Positions 55,667 to 64,000 of a stretch of DNA of 64,000 nucleotides are shown here, in pieces. The position numbers and the translations under genes are program-made. The notes beneath the pieces are model-generated. The model saw nothing but the letters and a program-made list of their open reading frames with translations, ran no database searches and was not told the DNA's origin. Each line of letters begins with the position of its first letter. The first letter of the stretch is position 1. Source of the DNA: Piromyces finnis finn (lineage: Eukaryota > Fungi > Neocallimastigomycota); the NCBI GenBank assembly GCA_002104945.1, contig MCFH01000001.1, positions 992,001 to 1,056,000 of the forward strand. Reading direction: 5' to 3'.

Positions 55667-57140
55667 TATCCATAATATCTTTTTGAAAATAAATAAAGGT
55701 GTAAATTGTAACAACTTACAAATTGGAACTTCTCTTTGTGTCTCTTCTTCTTCCGCTTCCTCTCCGTCATCTTCTTCTTGTAAAACTTTTTATACTGTTA
55801 AGAAAGGAGATTATTGTTATAAAATTTGGAATGCTCACGGCCTTTCTGAAAGTACTTTCAGATCGTTAAACCCACATGTGAATTGTGAAAATCTTCAAAT
55901 TGATACTCAGGTATGTGTTAAGACTTCATCTACTTCTACTACAAAGAAAGCTACAGCCACTGCTACATCTACTAGTAATTCCTCTTCATGTAGTACGCAT
56001 TATACCGTGGTTAAAAATGATACCTGTTACAACATCTGGACTAAATATAATCTTTCTGAAAGTACTTTCAGATCGTTCAACTCAAATGTAAATTGTGAAA
56101 ATCTTCAAATTGGTACTCAAGTCTGTGTTAAGGCTTCTACACCTACTACCACCACCACCACCACTACTACTACAAAGAAAGCTACAACCACTACTACCAC
56201 AACTACTACAACCTCTTCATGTAGTAAGCATTATACCGTGGTTAAAAATGATACCTGTTACAATATCTGGACTAAATATAATCTTTCTGAAAGTACTTTC
56301 AGATCGTTCAACCCAAATGTAAATTGTGAAAATCTTCAAATTGGTACTCAAGTCTGTGTTAAGGCTTCTACACCTACTAATGCTTCTACACCTACTACCG
56401 CCACTACTACCACCACCACCACTACAAAAAAGGTAGAATCTAGTGTAACATCAAATGCTTCCCCTACTTTCACTTGGCTTAGAGAATGTCAAACTGAAAA
56501 TAATTATGCTCTTTCTTTCGATGATGGTATTTACTTGTACGATGAAGATTTATTAGATTTATTAAAAAGAAAAGGTGTCAAGGTCACCTTCTTTATTAAT
56601 GGTAATAATGTTTCTTCCATTAAAACTGAATCTGTTAGAAATACAATTAAACGTGCCTACCAAGAAGGTCATAACATTTTAAGTCATACATGGTCTCATA
56701 AAGACCTGACCACCTGTTCCTCCGATACTATTCGTTCAGAATTAAAATTATTAGAAGATGAAATTTATGCTATTATTGGTCAACGTCCAAAATCTATTCG
56801 TCCACCTTACATGGCTGGTATTAATGACAGTCGAGTGATCAACACTTTACAAAGCTACGGTTACAGCTATGGTATTCTTTGGAAAATTGATTCTAGAGAT
56901 TGGGAAAATAAAGGTGATATTAACACCATCCTTCATACCTTTAAAACAGGTTTAGCTACAAGTCATCGTCCAATTATTCTTAATCATAGTTTCTACGAAG
57001 GAATCACCAAAGAAAAATTATTAACTTTAGTTGAAAAAGAAATTGATTATTTATCAAGTATGGGTCTTACCGGAGTTAATATGGAAACTTGTATAGGTCA
57101 TAAGGTTTATAGAAATAGTGGTGAAGGATTCCCAAATTAA
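55287..57140 (+). CDS. Secreted 4xLysM + CE4 (NodB) chitin/polysaccharide deacetylase, 2 exons
   Basis: Signal peptide, then four Cys-containing LysM units (C...Y.V.K.D.CY.IW....L....F...N..VNC.NLQI....CV) with S/T-rich linkers. CE4 motifs SFDDG, HTWSH, RPPY, DSRDW and ILNH are all present. Intron 55465-55698 is phase 1. Confidence 0.93.
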
Positions 57141-58196
57141 AAAAAAAAAAAAAAAATACTATTAAATTATAATATTTATTCCTCTCACCTTTTCCTTTAT
57201 TTTAAACTATTTTTTTTTTTTTATTTTTTATTTTTACTACTATTATACCAAATAATTAAAAAAAAAAAAAAAAAAAGGAAAATTATTATAATAATTAAAC
57301 TTTTTTTTTTTCTTTCATTTCCTTTTCTTGTTTTTTTAGAAAAAGAAAAAAAAAAAAATCTATTAAATAGTATTTCTAGTTTTAATTCATGATTGATTGA
57401 TTTTTGCCTTTTTTTTTTTTTTTTTACAGCAGATTTCATAATCTACATATATATATTGTATCCATAAATATAGATCAATAAATAAAGAATTATAAATTTA
57501 AATCTTATAAATAGTTTATCAAAATGCCTTTTCCTTATTTTATACTTTTTTTTAAAAAAAAAAAAAAAAAAAAAAACTTTGTTAAATACAATTAAACTCT
57601 CTAAACATTTTTAAATTGCTTTAATTTTTTTTTTTTTTTTTAAAAAAAAAGTAAATTCAACAAATAATGGAATATTAATGTAAGGAAAATTATGCCCATT
57701 AAAAAAATACACTTTATTATGCTGTCAAAATTAAGCATCAATAACCATCATACCTCCCATAAAATACATCTTTTAATTTATTATGCATTAAATGTTAATG
57801 ACACGTTATTTCTCTTTTGAACACAACTCTATAAAAAACCAAACGAATAACTAATTTTTTTTTTAAATATTTTTATTAATATTTTGAATTTTTTTGTTAT
57901 TTTTAAAATTTTTTAAATAAAAAAATGTGTTTTGTTCGTTAAATAAATAAATAGTATGTATAAAAATTTATAAAATATTATTTAATATATTAATTATTAT
58001 ATGGCATTTATTTTTATTCATCAGTTTTACTTTGATGATTTTTTTTAAATAAATAAATATTTTTGTGATTCATCCCTTTTATTTTCTTTGTGTGTGTGTA
58101 TATGTGTTTACTTATTCTAATTTTATATGTATATTTGTTTTATATTTCTATAGTTTATTAATGTATATAGTATATAATAATTTCATATTAAATAAT

Positions 58197-59747
58197 TTAT
58201 TGGTAAAGTCTCTTTTCGTATGAGTAAAGACCGTGGACACCACCTTCAATTTGAGCACTACCAGTTCTCTTTTCAAAACGAGTGGTACCGTTATTAACAC
58301 TTTCCCAAAGTTGCTTTAAACTCTTAACACCAATATCTTGTAAACTGTGCTTAACACCAAGTTCAAGGTATTCTAAGAACTTCTTAACACTACCACGGTC
58401 AACAACAGAACCAGAAACACCTTGAGCAACCTTAATCTTATCACCTTCAGAGTAGTAACGCTTACTGGCAGCACTACCAGAGTCCATAGCATCTAAACTA
58501 CCCATACCACGGTAACGCTTTAACTTCTTACCTTCGTGATAGAAGTATTCTCCTGGAGATTCAGTGGTACCAGCTAAAAGACCACCCATCATAACACCAC
58601 TTGCACCAAGGGCAAGAGCCTTAACAATGTGACCAACATTTTGAATACCACCATCAGCGATACATGGAATACCAAATTGACGAGCTAATTGGCAAACACG
58701 GTAAACAGCAGTACCTTGTGGACGACCACAGGCCATAACTTCTTGGGTAATACAAATACTACCACTACCCATACCAATTTTAAGACCATCAACACCAGCG
58801 GCAATAAGGTTACGAGCTTGATCCTTAGTAACAACATTACCACCAATAACATCAATGTGTGGGTATTTGTCCTTGATGTACTTAATCATATCGATTTGGA
58901 AGGAGGAATTACCTTGACTACTATCAATAACAATAATATCGACACCAGCGTCAACTAAAGCGTCAACTCTCTTTTTATCTTCTGGGTGAGTACTACTAGC
59001 AGCAGCACATAATAATTGGTTGCTCTTGTGGACAGTAGAAGCATTTGGGAAATCACGAGTCTTAATAAGATCGGAACGAGCGAGTAAAGCAACAAGACGG
59101 TAATCATCATCAACAATTAATAACTTTCCCTTCTTAGATTTTCTTAAAATTTCATTAGCTTCTTGTAAGGAAATACCATCCTTAGCAGTAACTAAATCAG
59201 TAGTCATAACATCTCTAAGCTTAATGTTAAGATCATCCTTGCTTTGAAGGAAATCAATATCACGAGAGGTAACAATACCTAAAAGCTTAGACTTCATCTT
59301 ACCAGTTTCAGTAATTGGAATACCACAGAAACCGTACTTTTCCTTAGTCATGATAACATCTTCAACAACATTATCTGGACTCATACATAATGGATCAAGA
59401 ATGAAACCATTTTCAAATTTCTTAACTTTTCTTACCATATCGGCTTGCTTATCAATAGTACAATTGTGGTGAATGACACCTAAACCACCCATTAAAGCCA
59501 TACTAATAGCCATATCAGTTTCAGTAACAGTATCCATAGGACTTGAAACGAATGGAGTTTTAATCTTATAATTTCTAGTAATGTGGGTATCACAAGTAAC
59601 AGCACCAGCTGGGAAATCAATGAATCCTGGTAAAATAAGGAAATCATTATAGGTCATACCAACAGAAGACTTTCTGTCGAATAATTCTTCAGCGGTAAGA
59701 CCGTCTTCAACATCAATAGTCTTTAATAAATCTTGAATGGTAGTCAT
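58197..59747 (-). CDS. IMPDH: Inosine-5'-monophosphate dehydrogenase, intronless, 516 aa
   Basis: [26 protein letters not shown] pair, [18 protein letters not shown] (catalytic Cys), IADGG, YRGMGS, VAQGVSG and EGGVHGL. Confidence 0.98.
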   Translation of the reverse strand: MTTIQDLLKTIDVEDGLTAEELFDRKSSVGMTYNDFLILPGFIDFPAGAVTCDTHITRNYKIKTPFVSSPMDTVTETDMAISMALMGGLGVIHHNCTIDKQADMVRKVKKFENGFILDPLCMSPDNVVEDVIMTKEKYGFCGIPITETGKMKSKLLGIVTSRDIDFLQSKDDLNIKLRDVMTTDLVTAKDGISLQEANEILRKSKKGKLLIVDDDYRLVALLARSDLIKTRDFPNASTVHKSNQLLCAAASSTHPEDKKRVDALVDAGVDIIVIDSSQGNSSFQIDMIKYIKDKYPHIDVIGGNVVTKDQARNLIAAGVDGLKIGMGSGSICITQEVMACGRPQGTAVYRVCQLARQFGIPCIADGGIQNVGHIVKALALGASGVMMGGLLAGTTESPGEYFYHEGKKLKRYRGMGSLDAMDSGSAASKRYYSEGDKIKVAQGVSGSVVDRGSVKKFLEYLELGVKHSLQDIGVKSLKQLWESVNNGTTRFEKRTGSAQIEGGVHGLYSYEKRLYQ

Positions 59748-62313
59748 TTTATTTATTTATTAATATATGATATTATATGATATTATATTTTTTTCTATTA
59801 TAAATAAATAAATTTAATACAGTTTAAAATAAAAAAAATAAATAAAATTAAAAAATTTTAAAAGTGAAAATTTTAAATTTATATATTAGTTTTTTTTTTT
59901 TTTTTTTTGTTTTTTTTTTTTTAATCACAATATAATTGATAATATATGGTTTTATTTAATAATCAATAGTAATTTTTCTTATTGTGTGTATATTCTGTAT
60001 ATTCTTTATTTTATTAATAATTGTTATAATATCATTTAAAAAAAAAAACTCTATTTAGTGATTGGTTAAAAAATATTTTTTAAAATTTAAACAAATAATA
60101 TAAAAGAGTTCAATATAAAATAATATATTACTAATTTAAACAATGATATATATCATATATATTACAATACACTGAATTTTAAATATAAATATAAATGGTG
60201 AATGGATAGAATAATATTTTTTATTATTTATTAATAATATTTTTGGTTGTCATTTTGGTGGTGGTATAAATATTTTAGGTGGTGGTATACTCAATGAATA
60301 ACTATAAAAAGTTTTTTTTTTTTTTACCATTTTTATACATTTCTATTATTTTGTAATAATACTTAAAAAATGCCAACAAAATATAATTTTTAAAGTCATT
60401 CAAATGTTAAATAATTTTAATCTTTATATTTTCTGTTAAAAAAAAATGCTTAATCTAATAAAAAATTTATTCGTATATTTGATAAAGTTTTTCATTATAC
60501 TCCAATCATAAAAATATCACATGTTCAATAGATTTATGTAAGAAATGGATAGAATAATAAACAAAAATATGTCAAAATTGGGAATTTGAAAAAATCCTTT
60601 AATACACAACACACCATCTTTAATTTTTATAATCTCATTAAAAATACTCTTAAAAGTAGTTTATTTATCTCTACTTTTCTAGTGTGTATGATTTAGTTAG
60701 TATCGCACTTTCTATGTCTGTATAAGTTTGTAGTAATAATATAAAAACATTACATTGATATTGTATTCGCAATCTATTACTTTATATACTATGAAAAAAC
60801 AAAATATTTTTTTAATATAATGTCATTGTTGTTCTAATAACAACTTTTTTTTTTAAAATTTTATCTTTGAAAAATGGGGTATATAATAGATTTATTTTAA
60901 TTTCGATATATATACCTTTTATTTAGATTTTTATTAAAAAATACTAAAAAGAATCATAAAACTAAAAATTGATAATTTTAAAATGGGAATTAGACATTTA
61001 ATCTATTAATTACACATTTATAACAATTTATTTATTGTTCTTTCAAAAGTATTTATTAAACTATTAATTTACCCTTTTTTTACTAACAACTACTAAATAA
61101 ACGATAGTAAATTAAAGTATCACACCACCATATAGGCATAAGCATAAAAATTAAAATACAAAAAAAATTAAAATGTTGATTATCATTATATACATATGTA
61201 AAATTACAGTAATAGAACATTATTTTAACATTATAAAAAAGTATAAATATACATTTATTCGGAATAAATAAAGTTTATGACATAATACAAATTGCTATAC
61301 GAATTACACCTTTTTTTCAGTTAGCTGTAGAAATTTGCCATAATTTTTAAGAAATAAATTTATAGATATTTTTATAAGCTTTTTTTTTTTTAATTTATAT
61401 TTAAATGTTTTTTATTTCATTGGTGCATTATTAATTATTGAGACATTTAATTTATACCTTTTTTTTTCTATAGAAATAAAAGTTATTTTGAACCATTGTC
61501 TATTTAATTTAACTATGAGTTTTATTAATTTATGAAACATTTGGTACAATAAATTTCATTTTATTTATTATTACTTTAAAAAAAAATCCAATTCTAAAAT
61601 ATTTTAAAATATGACTATGAAATTAAAAAAAACACTTGTTTATTATTTATATTTATCATTCTAATTACATACATATAAACAGTTGAGTATAAACTTTGTA
61701 TTTTAGAATTCTTTCTTTGGCTCCTTTTTTTAGCCTTCAATTAAACAATCCTCCTCTACACCTACACCTACCTATCCTCCATGTATTATATATTAAAAAT
61801 TTAGAATTTATTTTTTTTTTAAAAAAAATCATTTTTAATAATCATATTCAAAATCAGCATTTTTATACTCTACAATACAATAAATTAAATTATAATATTA
61901 TTATGCCATATATTATTAATTTTATTAATTTTTGATTTTTATTTAATCATTCACTACTTTAAAAAAAAATTAATTTTATTGGTGAATACCTATTATATTT
62001 TAAACTTTGTCTTTTTTAATTTATTTATATATAAATAATTTATAATTAATATAGAATCAAATTAATTATTATTTAAATAAAATCCTTTTTTATAAACTAA
62101 AAAAAAGTTCAATGACACCATAATAATAAATACTTACTCTAATTTCACCTTGAATACTTTTATAGACTCTTTAATTCTAATATATCTATCAATTTTGTTT
62201 TAATGATTCAGAAAATTTAAAACTATAAATCAATTTTAATTTTCATTTCTTATACCGTCAAAGGCAGTAAAAGACCTCAACTTCCCACCAATTTCAATAG
62301 TTAATAATAAATC

Positions 62314-63804
62314 ATGGCTCAACTAAAAAGATTTTATAGCAAGGTAAAATTATTAAAAAAAAAAATAAAATAAAATGTAAAATGAAAATTATGTACTTAT
62401 TTATTCTTTTTTAAAAATTATACAGAGTTCAGGATTTATTATTCTATTAATGCTCTTTATTACTGGACTTGATTTTTCAATTTTGACATCAATATTCCCT
62501 ACTATCATTTTAGAAAACAACCTAATTAAAGAAAATAATATATATATATTATCATTCTTAGTTTCATTTTTAATATCCTTCAATGGTAAGTTTATATATA
62601 TATTGTATTTTTTGGTATATTGATAATGTATTATTTATTAATTTATGTTGTTATTATTATCCCTACATTTAGTATTTTCAAAATCAGGGAAATTAATAAA
62701 CATTATTGTGGTATTATTGAACATTTCAAGTTCATTTGTCTTATATTATGAAAGTAATAAATTACTTTTTACAGTGAGCTATTCCCTAAAAGGATTATCT
62801 ATAGGTGGTCTTTTAAGTTTAATGTTTCATATGCTAGCAAATAAGGAATACTATGAAATTCAAAAGTATATATATTTAAAATAAAAATTAACCATGAAAA
62901 TAAAAGAGATAATAAAACTAATCAACAATATATACATATATTATATTATATTTATAAAAATAATATTAAAAGAAAATCTATATCAATAACGGCATGTTTT
63001 TCATTAATAATAGGCTCATTGCTTTCAATATTAATAAAATGGATAAAGTAAGATATACCAAAAAAAAAAAAAAAGTAGTCTTTATAAAATAGCTATTAAA
63101 ATTAAAAGGTTAACATTACTTGTTTATTCTTTTTTATAATTAGCTGGAAATTATTATATTTATTTTCTATCCCATTTTCAGTTAGTCTTTTGATATTATT
63201 ATTATGGACTAAACAAATTAACAATAAAGACAGCAATAAATCGTATTTCAATGGATTTGATTATTCAGGAATAATTATTTTATATAGTAATGATTCAAAT
63301 GTATTATAATTATAATACTAATATAAGTAAATGCAAAAAATTTTACTAAATTATTATTTTATTTATAACAAGGTTGTGTCTTTTGTATATTCTTATTAAA
63401 TAATGCTACTTTTGGTAACTATTTCATTTTCAAGTTTTCTTTTTATTAGAACGAATAATTTATTAATAGTACAATTGATTATATATATTATTTATTCAAT
63501 ACGCATCATCCTATTATCATCATCATCATCCTATTACGCTTTTTTAAGATACAAAATGGAAATATTATATTATTCAATTTTCACTGCCATTCATGTGTAT
63601 AATATTTTTTATAATCACGGAATCATTAAATAATGAAAAAGTAATTCTTCCAATTAAAGCAAATATTTTTTATCTTTTCAGTTGCTGTTTTGGTTTTTCA
63701 TATCTAATGGATACAAATAAACAATCCTTTTTAATTCGTAAATATCAAAGAAGTATTTATGTCATAAATTATATGAGAAACGACAATTAATTACTAATAC
63801 ATAT

Positions 63805-63851
<47 letters not shown>

Positions 63852-64000
63852 TTATTAGAGATTATTCATAACTTTTCAATAATTGAATATGAATATTTAA
63901 TTATTGGTTCAAGGTATATAATATGTATAAATTTATTTATTATAATATCTTTTTAATAATTATACTTTTTTTTTTTTTTTTAATTTTTCTTAATTTATTA
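62314..64000 (+). CDS. Divergent MFS transporter resembling the DHA2 (14-TMS) drug:H+ antiporters, 3' end beyond the window
   Basis: Spliced exons give LLMLFITGLDFSILTSIFPTI (cf. LD.TIV.TA.PTI), LKGLSIGG and WKLLYLFSIPF..FNGFDYSG (cf. WRW.FY.NLP..D..G). Exon boundaries are only partly resolved. Confidence 0.65.

Noticed and set aside
58197-59747. Bacterial horizontal transfer of IMPDH (intronless, higher GC)
   Set aside because: The protein has eukaryotic-type signatures ([24 protein letters not shown]). The GC level is explained by codon bias typical of highly expressed genes.

Overview
Extremely AT-rich, intron-dense eukaryotic DNA. Composition, short GT-AG introns, flagellar genes and fungal-type LysM/CE4, Cti6 and Pat1 genes point to an anaerobic gut fungus (Neocallimastigomycota); this is inference, no rRNA marker is present. 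I hand-spliced 19 protein-coding genes: a 5'-truncated WNK kinase, glycerate kinase, EndoU nuclease, Cas1p/CASD1-like O-acetyltransferase, CCDC42/CFAP73, FERRY3/C12orf4, F1-ATPase alpha, an unknown low-complexity protein, IFT27, a TAF3/TAF8-type histone-fold protein, MTR4, a TMX-like thioredoxin, CTI6, PAT1, a FYVE protein, an HD-family hydrolase, a 4xLysM-CE4 deacetylase, IMPDH and a 3'-truncated DHA2-type MFS transporter. I saw no rRNA, tRNA, CRISPR array or recognisable transposon. The most unusual items are a FERRY3 homologue with an inserted UBA domain, a secreted 4xLysM-chitin deacetylase fusion, an EndoU with a (QNQY)15 prion-like tract, an intact F1-alpha in a probably hydrogenosomal organism, and several enzymes with altered catalytic motifs (Cas1 GDS>GDI, HD>HE, IFT27 DxxG>DLGC, IMPDH GAAIGTH>AAASSTH). 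Family calls come from motif recognition from memory, not database searches. Most ORF-track entries are exon fragments or artefacts.
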